From positions 153,967 to 217,966 of the IMG/VR virus record IMGVR_UViG_3300042868_003731: a stretch of 64,000 bases of DNA; one strand, 5' to 3'. Within the stretch, counting starts at the first letter, position 1. The number at the start of each line of letters is the position of its first letter. Both the position numbers and the translations under genes were made by a program. This document shows, piece by piece, positions 45,080 through 53,321 of the stretch. The DNA is from a virus (taxonomy: Duplodnaviria > Heunggongvirae > Uroviricota > Caudoviricetes). The notes under the pieces are model-generated. The model made no database searches. It was not told where the DNA came from and was given only the letters and a program-made list of their open reading frames with translations.

Positions 45080-45123
45080 GTTCCTTACATTATTAGAATA
45101 CACTGATTCTAAACGAATGTAAA
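45080..45123 (-). promoter_or_regulatory. Conserved early promoter-leader cassette copy 3 (-35 TTTACA variant)
   Basis: Identical to copies 1 and 2 except that the -35 reads TTTACA and the upstream flank shares AATAGGAAAGTGCACT with copy 4. Confidence 0.6.
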
Positions 45124-45149
45124 TAGGAAAGTGCACTGACCACGATTTT

Positions 45150-45461
45150 TTAGGAAATATTTTTCCAATTGCGAACGTATTCGACCTTCTTCTCACGAGT
45201 CCAATCTTTAAGATAGTCGTTGTCAGCGTCGAACTTCTCGAGCATCTGTTCTTCGGTGAGAATCTCCGAGTCGATGATAGTCTCGCCAACGTGCTTCTGA
45301 GAAAACTCTACTACCTCGTCACAGGTAACACAGTCTTCAGCCCATTCGATCTCACGTCCTTCGACAGGAACTTCAACGTTCAATTCCTGCAGTTCATCTA
45401 CAGGAATACAATACCGCATACGGTAAGACGAGATAGCAGTTACGATTACATATTTGGTCAT
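45150..45461 (-). CDS. Hypothetical acidic protein
   Basis: ORF. Confidence 0.35.
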   Translation of the reverse strand: MTKYVIVTAISSYRMRYCIPVDELQELNVEVPVEGREIEWAEDCVTCDEVVEFSQKHVGETIIDSEILTEEQMLEKFDADNDYLKDWTREKKVEYVRNWKNIS

Positions 45462-45823
45462 TTAATTAAATTACTCCAAGTTTTAAGTTTATTTCGCTTT
45501 ACATCTACTCTATCATCTAATTCATCATTAGTCAAGACGCCGTGTTCTACCATTAGTTTAATCATACAAAGCACATCACCTGCTTCTTCAACTAGTTGAT
45601 ACCTATATTTGTCTTTAGACATATCTTCCATGTTATCATACTTACGCATAATTTTCATGCAGACTTGAGTTAATTCGCCCGATTCTTCTGCTGTAATTGC
45701 CATTAACTGTTGGAAGGCATTAATTGGAGATTTTAGTTCTTCGTTACTTACCATGTCTTCTTTCCCGCAATCTCGCCCAGCGTGGTGCGGGCCATATCTC
45801 TTGCATACGTGTCTTCTCCCCAA
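45458..45823 (-). CDS. mazG: MazG-like nucleoside triphosphate pyrophosphohydrolase
   Basis: 'AEESGELTQVCMK' and 'LVEEAGDVLCMI' form the two EExxE/D metal-binding helices of the MazG fold. Confidence 0.55.
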   Translation of the reverse strand: MGRRHVCKRYGPHHAGRDCGKEDMVSNEELKSPINAFQQLMAITAEESGELTQVCMKIMRKYDNMEDMSKDKYRYQLVEEAGDVLCMIKLMVEHGVLTNDELDDRVDVKRNKLKTWSNLIK

Positions 45824-46017
45824 ACATAGATTGCATTAAGACCCCCGACGGCCTTCGCCAGATTGTCCTCTAGTTCTTCGATGCGGTCGGCGGCTTCGAG
45901 AGCATCTTCATCTTTCCACTCAATCCGCTTGTACCCGTCAATAGACTCAAACTCTTGCCGCTTCCGCAGCCGCTTCACCAGTTCTTCGTCAGTCATTTTA
46001 CTTCCTTTGCAATACAA
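45748..46017 (-). CDS. Hypothetical protein (probable start at MTDEELVKRL, ~45996)
   Basis: ORF; an upstream ATGA chain couples it to two unannotated small ORFs. Confidence 0.35.
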   Translation of the reverse strand: MYCKGSKMTDEELVKRLRKRQEFESIDGYKRIEWKDEDALEAADRIEELEDNLAKAVGGLNAIYVWGEDTYARDMARTTLGEIAGKKTW

Positions 46018-46323
46018 TATCCTTCCAAGGCGCGCACCGGCTCAAGCTGTGTAATAGCAGATTTGCAAGAATCATAATTAGGGAATTCCAGTGTTGTAAT
46101 AGCAGCTCCGTTATAAGAGCTGATTAGAATAAGAATATATGCGCCTGCTGTGTCAATCATTTGCTCACCTTTGTAACTGCCTTACGCAGCTCTCCACCTT
46201 CAAAGTTATCCATTGCCAGATAGTGTTTCAGTTTAGCATTATCTGGATCCACTCGATGCAACTCCTGTGCAAGAGTTTCGATTAGATCGTAGTCCAGTTG
46301 AGTTTTGATATGTTTACCCATTA
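45994..46323 (-). CDS. Two unannotated tandem small ORFs (~56 aa MIDTAGAYILILISSYNG... and ~54 aa MGKHIKTQLDYDLIETLAQ...) joined by ATGA overlaps
   Basis: My own translation; each start overlaps the previous stop (TAATG / AAATGA). Reported as one span. Confidence 0.3.
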
Positions 46324-46767
46324 GAAGTCCTCCTCACCTTGATAGACGTTAAACACAAAGATACCAGCATCACGCCACATGCGAACCACGCGAGGACGAT
46401 CGTCAAACACCATGTCTGGCTTCTTACCAAAGTCAGAGATGATTTGATCCAGCATTTCACGCTTTACAATATCATCACCACGGAAGTCATCTGCGGGACG
46501 CATGTAGAGCTTGTCCCACGTATGCAGGTTGTTCTTAGTCAACCATGCGACTGTGGCTTCACGACTGCGCTCGTTGCGACCGCTCGCTAGGACAATGGTG
46601 TTCCTAGCAGCACTTAGAGAGTGAAAGGCTTCCGCAACAAATCGGTTCACTTTATCATTCGGAATGCCAGCATCAAATGCAGCCCAGTTCTTAGGCTTGC
46701 TACGAACATAGTCCAAACGATGCTCGATGTTAGCGAGTGTTCCGTCCAAGTCAAATACGATTAGCAT
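46321..46767 (-). CDS. Polynucleotide 3'-phosphatase (stand-alone phosphatase domain of T4 PseT/Pnkp; HAD family)
   Basis: 'FDLDGTLA', 'SGRNERSREATVAWL' and 'VFDDRPRVVRMWRDAGIFVFNVYQGEEDF' parallel T4 Pnkp 'FDVDGTLA', 'SGRESGTKEDPTKYY', '[27 protein letters not shown]'. Confidence 0.8.
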   Translation of the reverse strand: MLIVFDLDGTLANIEHRLDYVRSKPKNWAAFDAGIPNDKVNRFVAEAFHSLSAARNTIVLASGRNERSREATVAWLTKNNLHTWDKLYMRPADDFRGDDIVKREMLDQIISDFGKKPDMVFDDRPRVVRMWRDAGIFVFNVYQGEEDF

Positions 46768-47116
46768 TTATAATCCTCAGATAGTTGTTCAGCAAGCCTT
46801 CGATGTTTGCTTTGCCGATAGGGTTTTGTGAGTGGACGTAGAAGTCAAAGTTGTCTGGAAGCGGGTAGCGCTTATCATTCATATCCCAATACATAATACG
46901 TTTAGCGACATCGTGACCGGTGGGTTCATCTTGACCAAGATCGTGATCAAATGAAATATATGATGGCATTCCTCTCGTCCTAACAGCTATAACAACTTCA
47001 TAAAAATTGCGGCAGATCACCCACTCTTCGTTACGATACTTCTCGCGAACCTGCCAAGGTGCCCAAGTGGCATCCTCGAGGTTACGTTCGTCATCAAGAA
47101 ACAGGTTCCAAGTCAT
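46751..47116 (-). CDS. Hypothetical protein
   Basis: ORF; no motif. Confidence 0.35.
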   Translation of the reverse strand: MTWNLFLDDERNLEDATWAPWQVREKYRNEEWVICRNFYEVVIAVRTRGMPSYISFDHDLGQDEPTGHDVAKRIMYWDMNDKRYPLPDNFDFYVHSQNPIGKANIEGLLNNYLRIINANRI

Positions 47117-47117
47117 C

Positions 47118-47279
47118 TTAGATCACCTTTGCGATTTCAATAAAAACATAGTACTCTTTGTCGAGACCTTCAACGATCTTTTCGACCTCTTCTTTTGTGT
47201 CTGCTCTAAACATGTCGTAAGACTCGAGTCGATCGCCGTAACGATCGAACTCTTCGTAGTGTGCGTAGACCTTGTACAT
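47118..47279 (-). CDS. Small hypothetical protein (~53 aa, MYKVYAHYEEFDRYGDR...)
   Basis: Trimmed from the track ORF 47118..47411, which overlaps 47290..47475 in another frame. Confidence 0.3.
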   Translation of the reverse strand: MYKVYAHYEEFDRYGDRLESYDMFRADTKEEVEKIVEGLDKEYYVFIEIAKVI

Positions 47280-47289
47280 CTGATTCTCC

Positions 47290-47475
47290 TTAGAAGCGAT
47301 ATTCTGCAGGTGCATCAACTGCGACTTCACGAACAACGAACTGCTCATAAGATGGCAGATCACGTTCAGCATCAACCAGATACTGTTGCGAAGCAGCTTC
47401 TGCGAGTTCACGAGACGAGTATACGCCTAGAAGGGTTTCACCTTCGTAGTCAGCAGCAAGAGTGAGTACAAACAT
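47290..47475 (-). CDS. Small hypothetical protein
   Basis: First ORF after cassette copy 4, with an AAGGAAC leader. Confidence 0.4.
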   Translation of the reverse strand: MFVLTLAADYEGETLLGVYSSRELAEAASQQYLVDAERDLPSYEQFVVREVAVDAPAEYRF

Positions 47476-47489
47476 CGGATGTTCCTTTC

Positions 47490-47535
47490 GTTCCTTACAT
47501 TATTAGAATATACTGATTCTAAATGAATGTAAATA
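47490..47535 (-). promoter_or_regulatory. Conserved early promoter-leader cassette copy 4
   Basis: Near-identical to copy 3 (TTTACA -35; one A/G change in the spacer). Confidence 0.6.
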
Positions 47536-47556
47536 GGAAAGTGCACTCTTTTTCAT

Positions 47557-48681
47557 TTAATCTTCTCTTTTTCCAAAGCCCCAATCGATTACGACTGGAA
47601 ACCGAGGAACGCCATCCGGAGTCGGAGTGAAGTAGCGAAGAGTAACCCAATCGGGTTTCTTGCCTGCATCCCAGAGAGCACGTAGAGTGTCCATGTCACC
47701 ACGAACACCAGCTTGGAAGTCACGAGTATCATTCAGTTTCAAAACAAAATGTTTAGTGCATCCCTGCCAGTTTCCAATACCAGACATCATTTCCTTGACT
47801 TCGAACTCGTCGGTCAAGAACTCTTTACGCTTCAGCAAGTTTTTCGTACGCTTGTTCTCGTAACGACCATCGATGCGGATCATCTGACCTTCGTATCCAT
47901 GTTCGAGATAACCCTCATACAGAGTATCGATCGACTGCGGATCGTTGACCTGCATGGTCGGAACCATCTTTACGAATTCGTTCGAAGCTTCGTAGCGCAA
48001 CAGCTCACGCTTACGGAACGGCAGATCCGGACTATCAGTCACATAGACGTCATAGACGTGATACTGCACGAGTTCCTTCGATTTCATGATGTCTTCGGGC
48101 TTCGGTTTTGTCTTACGAACCATCGAGGTGATGGTGTTGAAGTCATCCTTCAGCTCGTGATTATAGAGTTCGCCGTCAAGAATTAAGTTTGGATTCTTTT
48201 CAAAATAAGACTGCAGCGACTCCCAGACGTGAGGAACAGCGACGATTTCTTTTCCTGCGCGAGTCCATAGACCATCCTTACGAGCGATGCAACGAATGCC
48301 ATCGAGCTTCGGTTGACTATAGATGTATCCCTTTGACCAGTTAACCGGAACCTCTTCATACTTCTCAGCCAACATCGGCTTGAACTTATCAAAGGTATGG
48401 ATCATATCGATGTTAGAGAAATAGCCAGTATCTTCTTTCTTCTGCATTTCAGATACCATCTCAGCGTTTGCTTGCGCTTCGAGAGACGTCTCGTTTGAGC
48501 GTCCGACGTTCTTTTGTTCAACGAAGGTCCATTCAGAAGTAATCTGTTTTCCGTCCTGAAGCCCTGAGATCGTCCGTAGACCCCATCGAGTTCCATCAGT
48601 GCCGGTCTCTGCTCGCCAGACTCGCGTCTTACCTTTTGTATCTACCTTATACAGGTTCTCAGTGCTTGTTTTAACTTCCAT
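47557..48681 (-). CDS. ATP-dependent DNA ligase
   Basis: 'SQPKLDGIRC' carries the KxDGxR adenylation motif I in a ~370-aa protein with the expected downstream 'ILDGEL' and 'EGQMIR' motifs. Confidence 0.8.
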   Translation of the reverse strand: MEVKTSTENLYKVDTKGKTRVWRAETGTDGTRWGLRTISGLQDGKQITSEWTFVEQKNVGRSNETSLEAQANAEMVSEMQKKEDTGYFSNIDMIHTFDKFKPMLAEKYEEVPVNWSKGYIYSQPKLDGIRCIARKDGLWTRAGKEIVAVPHVWESLQSYFEKNPNLILDGELYNHELKDDFNTITSMVRKTKPKPEDIMKSKELVQYHVYDVYVTDSPDLPFRKRELLRYEASNEFVKMVPTMQVNDPQSIDTLYEGYLEHGYEGQMIRIDGRYENKRTKNLLKRKEFLTDEFEVKEMMSGIGNWQGCTKHFVLKLNDTRDFQAGVRGDMDTLRALWDAGKKPDWVTLRYFTPTPDGVPRFPVVIDWGFGKRED

Positions 48682-48744
48682 AACGATTCTCCGAATTGGT
48701 TCATACTTGTTCTGTATAAACTAGTTTTATGAGATTGTAAACAA

Positions 48745-48772
48745 AAAAGAGCGCCGAAGCGCTCTTTTTCTT
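48745..48772 (-). terminator. Rho-independent terminator after the SPFH gene (bidirectional-looking)
   Basis: AGAGCGC-CGAA-GCGCTCT hairpin flanked by an A-tract and a T-tract. Confidence 0.55.
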
Positions 48773-48784
48773 CATATTTTTATC

Positions 48785-49741
48785 TTACTGGGCTGGCTTA
48801 GCAACAACGTCCATGAATGGAACAGTCGAGTCTGGGATCATAGTGGTAGGAAGAGCACCGTTCCACTTTTCAGCTTGAACTAGAGCAATCAAACCTGCGT
48901 TATCCTTCAGAGCTTCTGCTTTCGCCTTAATCGCGCTTGCTTCTGCTTCACCTTGAATACGAGTTGCTTCTGCGGCCGCAACTGCTTGAGCTAGTTGAGC
49001 GTCGGCTTGTGCCTGTGCCTGAGTCACGACGATCTCAGCCTGAACCTTTTCACGTTCTGCGTTCTGCCGAACCTTTTGCACTTCGACTTCTGCAAGCATA
49101 CGAGCTTCAATCGATTGTTCATAAGCATCAGAGAAGTCGATGTTCTCAATTTGAACCGACTCAACGATGATAGGACCAATTACAGCTTTCTGGATTGCCA
49201 TCTGAACTTCTGCAGCAAGACGTTCACGTTCCTGAATAGCGGTTGCTGCGTTGAACTTACCAAAGACGTTCTTGACTTCTTCAAGAACCTGACGATCAAG
49301 CAAGCGAGAGATCACGCCAGCTTCGCCACCATATTCACGATAGATCGTCTCAACTTGATCTGCAGGGAAGCGATAGTTAACAGACAGGTTTAGACCCGCA
49401 GTCTGTTGATCACGAGAGTAAGCAAGGATGTTCTCGTACAACTGAGCCTGTGATTGAACAGAAATATCAACCACCTTTTCGATCAAAGGGATTTTAAATC
49501 CAAGACCTGGTTCTGCAGTACCAACCACGGCACCGTTACGAAGAGTTACACCACGGTAACCTTCATCAACAGTATACCACGATCCGCCAATTACAGTCAG
49601 TGCAGTAAGACCGACGACAGTAGCGATAGTTCCACCAACGATAGCATTCATTTTCATTTTCCTTTTACGTTCATTATATTGATTTAGTGCTGCTTCATAC
49701 TCAGCTTTAGTGTTAAAGTCATAGCGATCAGGTTTAAACAT
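48785..49741 (-). CDS. SPFH/band-7 (prohibitin/HflKC-like) membrane protein
   Basis: N-terminal TM helix, then 'YTVDEGYRGVTLRNGAV' and the long Ala/Glu/Gln-rich coiled-coil typical of band-7 proteins. GC-elevated. Confidence 0.75.
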   Translation of the reverse strand: MFKPDRYDFNTKAEYEAALNQYNERKRKMKMNAIVGGTIATVVGLTALTVIGGSWYTVDEGYRGVTLRNGAVVGTAEPGLGFKIPLIEKVVDISVQSQAQLYENILAYSRDQQTAGLNLSVNYRFPADQVETIYREYGGEAGVISRLLDRQVLEEVKNVFGKFNAATAIQERERLAAEVQMAIQKAVIGPIIVESVQIENIDFSDAYEQSIEARMLAEVEVQKVRQNAEREKVQAEIVVTQAQAQADAQLAQAVAAAEATRIQGEAEASAIKAKAEALKDNAGLIALVQAEKWNGALPTTMIPDSTVPFMDVVAKPAQ

Positions 49742-49919
49742 CAGGTTTATCTTTCGTTGTTACAGTGTTATCACGGACGTATTCATTACCATCTTCATCT
49801 TTGGTATACGTGAAGCGTTCAGGCTGGCGTTTAAACGTGATATTTGACACCACCCAATACGCACCAACACCAATCACAGCCGCAACGACAATGAAGCCAA
49901 TCATAGTATAAAAAGCCAT
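49734..49919 (-). CDS. Small single-pass membrane protein; possible NfeD-like partner of the SPFH protein
   Basis: One hydrophobic helix (MIGFIVVAAVIGVGAYWVV), immediately upstream with an ATGA-style overlap. Confidence 0.35.
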   Translation of the reverse strand: MAFYTMIGFIVVAAVIGVGAYWVVSNITFKRQPERFTYTKDEDGNEYVRDNTVTTKDKPDV

Positions 49920-49959
49920 CTATTCCTCCAATTTCCAATTAATAACTAAGTACGCAATA

Positions 49960-50544
49960 TCATGCATTTTTCTTCTCCATAATTACATTGCAAAAGATGT
50001 CGACAATGGTGATCTTATCGAAGCCTTCATCGAGTTCAGGTTCAACATAGGAATCAGCCATAGCTTCAATGATGTGATGAGGGATAGTCTTCCCAGGACG
50101 AGAATCAAGGCGACGATCGAGTTCAGCCCACTCTTCAGCAGTCTGAGGAACACGAACGCACCAACATTCCTTGTGATAGTTCTTAGGGAACTTCGACAAG
50201 ATGCTCTTACGCTTCTTCGAAGACATATTAGTCTGATCCCAGTACACATCAATCCCTGCGCTGATAGCAATTGCAAGCACATTATTCATATGCTTAGTTG
50301 CTTCGTTGATGTGATCACCGAACACGTCGTCGTAAGACTTACCAGCTTCTTTGGCTCGAGCTTCGATATATGCATCAGTGCTATACACAAAGACGTCTCC
50401 ACCAAACTCCGGATCGTCAACAAACGACAATCGAGTCGACTTACCTGAACCAGGCAGACCTACGAGAACTTCAACCTTAGGCATCTTCGCCAACCTCTGC
50501 ATCTTCAAAAATCTTGTTAAAGGTAATCTCGTTGTATTCGCCAC
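49960..50544 (-). CDS. Polynucleotide 5'-kinase (stand-alone kinase domain of T4 PseT/Pnkp)
   Basis: 'VLVGLPGSGKST' P-loop and 'WDQTNMSSKKRKSILSKF..CVRVPQTAEEWAELDRR..GKTIPHHIIEAM' parallel T4 Pnkp 'ISDTNLNPERRLAWETF..HKVFDVPWTELVKRNSKR..TKAVPIDVLRSM'. Confidence 0.65.
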   Translation of the reverse strand: MANTTRLPLTRFLKMQRLAKMPKVEVLVGLPGSGKSTRLSFVDDPEFGGDVFVYSTDAYIEARAKEAGKSYDDVFGDHINEATKHMNNVLAIAISAGIDVYWDQTNMSSKKRKSILSKFPKNYHKECWCVRVPQTAEEWAELDRRLDSRPGKTIPHHIIEAMADSYVEPELDEGFDKITIVDIFCNVIMEKKNA

Positions 50545-50755
50545 GGCCGGTCATGCCGAGTTCATAAAGTCGGGCCATCATCTTTGCATCGTGTTCAGTC
50601 TTGATATACATCGATGTGTCGAGATCGCCGTGCAACATACCTACTTCAGTTCTAAAGAAGTCAACTACATACATAGTTTTGGTATAGGAACCGTCAAAGT
50701 TGCCGTAGCAGACGTCGACTTCAACTTCTTCGGGGGTCACGATTGCGATAGCCAT
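50477..50755 (-). CDS. Hypothetical acidic protein
   Basis: ORF with a weak TTGACA-17-TATATC promoter-like sequence upstream (50782..50810). Confidence 0.35.
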   Translation of the reverse strand: MAIAIVTPEEVEVDVCYGNFDGSYTKTMYVVDFFRTEVGMLHGDLDTSMYIKTEHDAKMMARLYELGMTGRGEYNEITFNKIFEDAEVGEDA

Positions 50756-50818
50756 AGTTGTTCTCCATTGCTTACAATATAGATATAATCAATGTAGAAG
50801 CAAATGTCAATGGCTTTC

Positions 50819-51577
50819 TTAAACTTTTTTTCGAACAGACTCATTATATTTTACGGCAGCTTCTAGCGTCTGTAGCTCGACGCCTGAGTTCTTTGCCGTC
50901 TGCAGAATCGCCGCGGTATCCTTTGGAAAACACGCTCCGCCCCAGCCTCTATCGTTCTCATTTACAAAAGTATGGCTCTCACCGATACGAGAGTCTAACG
51001 TGACACCAGAGCGAACCGACTCGTAATCCAATCCGAGCGTTTCACAGAAATCGTAGATCTCGTTGAAGAAGCTACACTTTGCCGCAAGAAACGAGTTTCG
51101 AAAATACTTGATGGCAATTGCGTGCTTTGGCTTACATACAGTTATGCTGATGTCTGGATACACCGTCGTGTAAAAATCTAACCAGTATTGAACGTTACCG
51201 CCAGCCAAGAACGCATGAGTGAGGTTCTTAAGGTCGTCGTCTGCGCTTGCAGCTCGAAGAAATTCTGGACTAAATGTGATGGAGTGTTCAGGAAAGTTTC
51301 TTTCGAGAGTTTCCCATCCCTCCATCGATATCGTGCTCTTAATGAGAATTGGAGCTTCTTTTGGAATGTCTTGAATTACATTATAGATTATGCTCATATC
51401 ACAGCTTCCATCTTCAGATGATGGAGTCGAAACACAGACGATAGCACCACTAATGTTTTCTATGTCTTTGATACGAATATTGCTGAAGGCCGGATCTACG
51501 ATAGACATTTCGTGATGAGGGCTAAACGCTTTATAGTGAGCTTTACCAACGAAGCCGTATCCTAATAGTACAATCAT
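50819..51577 (-). CDS. Short UDP-glucose/GDP-mannose dehydrogenase-family protein
   Basis: N-terminal 'VLLGYGFVGKA' Rossmann motif and 'GWGGACFPKDTAAI' catalytic-Cys motif (GG.C.PKD). At 252 aa it is shorter than canonical UDPGDH. Confidence 0.6.
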   Translation of the reverse strand: MIVLLGYGFVGKAHYKAFSPHHEMSIVDPAFSNIRIKDIENISGAIVCVSTPSSEDGSCDMSIIYNVIQDIPKEAPILIKSTISMEGWETLERNFPEHSITFSPEFLRAASADDDLKNLTHAFLAGGNVQYWLDFYTTVYPDISITVCKPKHAIAIKYFRNSFLAAKCSFFNEIYDFCETLGLDYESVRSGVTLDSRIGESHTFVNENDRGWGGACFPKDTAAILQTAKNSGVELQTLEAAVKYNESVRKKV

Positions 51578-51587
51578 GGTTTATCCT

Positions 51588-52595
51588 CTAGTTAGTTTTA
51601 CAGTTTATAAGATTGTCTCGAAAAATGTTCCAAGCGTTTCCCCAATCCCATTTCATGCTGAATTTGTATACTGATTCTCTATCGAGGTCAAGAGATTTTT
51701 TAATAGCGATAGTGATATCCTCATCCATATAACCAGTTACATCTTGATCTATTACGTCTAATGGTCCTTGCACAGGATAAGCAGCGACCGGAGTACCGCA
51801 TGCCATTGCCTCAATCATCACCAATCCAAATGTATCCCAACGACTAGGAAACACAAAAACATCAGCCTGTTGATAATAATGCGCGAGTTCAGCACCACGT
51901 TTGGCACCTACAAAGTTCACGTAAGGATATTGCTTCTTGTATGTTTCTAACATAGGACCATCGCCTACGATAGTTTTAACTGCATTGGGGTAGTTTATCT
52001 CAAGAAAAGCTTCCAGATTTTTTTCTTTGCTTACTCGACTCACGCAAACGAGGTTAATGTGCGAGCATGGTTCTTTCACTGCCGGTTTGAATATATCCCT
52101 ATCAACTCCTCGAGTCCAATGAATAACATTGTTATTAAATCCATGCGCATGAAGTTCATCGACCATTGATTTTGTCGTAGTGAGTACCTTATTGCTATTC
52201 TTATGGAACCAGCGCACAACTGCCCAAGTAATTCCTTCAGGAATTCCTAGTAACGTCCTTACACCTTCAGGAAACTTAGTATGGTAAGCAGTATTGTACT
52301 TAATCCCACGTATTGCAAGATACCTTCTAGCAGACATACCCATAGGACCTTCTGTGGCGATGTGTATATAATCCGGATCAATCTTCTTGATCTCTTTCCC
52401 AACAACCCAAGGAGGTGCCCAGGCAAGCTTAACTTCATTGTACTTTGGGCAATCAATATGGCCGTACATCCCGGGATGAATATAATCAACAGTATAACCG
52501 TCGCGAATCGCATACGTCTCAATATTTTTGTAGGTCGTAACCACACCATTAATCTGATTCGGTAAGTTGTCTGTAACTATTAAGATCTTCGGCAT
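51588..52595 (-). CDS. GT4-family (GT-B) glycosyltransferase
   Basis: 'FPSRWDTFGLVMIEAMACGTPVAA' fits the E-x7-E motif. Confidence 0.7.
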   Translation of the reverse strand: MPKILIVTDNLPNQINGVVTTYKNIETYAIRDGYTVDYIHPGMYGHIDCPKYNEVKLAWAPPWVVGKEIKKIDPDYIHIATEGPMGMSARRYLAIRGIKYNTAYHTKFPEGVRTLLGIPEGITWAVVRWFHKNSNKVLTTTKSMVDELHAHGFNNNVIHWTRGVDRDIFKPAVKEPCSHINLVCVSRVSKEKNLEAFLEINYPNAVKTIVGDGPMLETYKKQYPYVNFVGAKRGAELAHYYQQADVFVFPSRWDTFGLVMIEAMACGTPVAAYPVQGPLDVIDQDVTGYMDEDITIAIKKSLDLDRESVYKFSMKWDWGNAWNIFRDNLINCKTN

Positions 52596-53319
52596 AATGC
52601 ACTATCTCCCATCTTCCATCAAAGTGTTCTACCAGAGCGGTGGCACTCTCGACCCAGTCGCCATCGTTCATGTATATAACACCATTTATTTCTTTTATTT
52701 CAGCATGATGAATGTGACCACAAATTATTCCGTCATATCCATGTTGCTTACAATAGGCAGCTAGATGTTCTTCGTAACGATTGATAAAGTTTAACGCGTG
52801 TTTAGTATTCTGTTTTAGATATTTACTTAAACTCCAATAGTCCATACCAAACAAACTTCTTACTCGATTAAACTGAACATTGGCATATATCATAGCGTCA
52901 TACAAAGTATCTCCAATGTGCATCAACCATTTTTTATCATGCATCAATACGTCAAAGAAGTCACCATGAATAACCAGATAACGTTTGCCGTCTAAACCTA
53001 TGTAGTCTTGTCTGTTAGTTACTTTAATATTACCGAAGCTGATATCAAAGTTTAAAAACTTACGGCCTGCTTCATCGTGATTACCTAATATGTATTCTAC
53101 TCTAGTGCCACGCTTAGCTGCCGTGAGTATTCTGCGTATCACATTGGCATGACTCTGTGGAAAGTACCAACGTTTCTTTAAGCGCCAACCATCCAGCATA
53201 TCACCAACTAGGAATAGGTTTTCGCTTGTGTTGTTTTTTAAGAAAACACAGAGGGCGTCTGCTTGACACCCTCTGGTTCCTAAATGCACATCACTTATGA
53301 AGATGCTTTTATATTTCAT
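52549..53319 (-). CDS. LpxH-like calcineurin-type metallophosphoesterase (nucleotide-sugar pyrophosphatase family)
   Basis: 'IFISDVHLG', 'LFLVGDMLDGW' and 'ICGHIHHAEI' match the LpxH arrangement (FISDLHL / GDlFeaWiGDD / GHTH). Confidence 0.5.
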   Translation of the reverse strand: MKYKSIFISDVHLGTRGCQADALCVFLKNNTSENLFLVGDMLDGWRLKKRWYFPQSHANVIRRILTAAKRGTRVEYILGNHDEAGRKFLNFDISFGNIKVTNRQDYIGLDGKRYLVIHGDFFDVLMHDKKWLMHIGDTLYDAMIYANVQFNRVRSLFGMDYWSLSKYLKQNTKHALNFINRYEEHLAAYCKQHGYDGIICGHIHHAEIKEINGVIYMNDGDWVESATALVEHFDGRWEIVHYAEDLNSYRQLTESD

Positions 53320-53321
53320 TC

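Noticed and set aside
47007-48186. + strand ORFs 47007..47465, 47660..47863 and 47713..48186
   Set aside because: Antisense to the DNA ligase and upstream small genes. The promoter cassette and terminator placement support - strand coding only.
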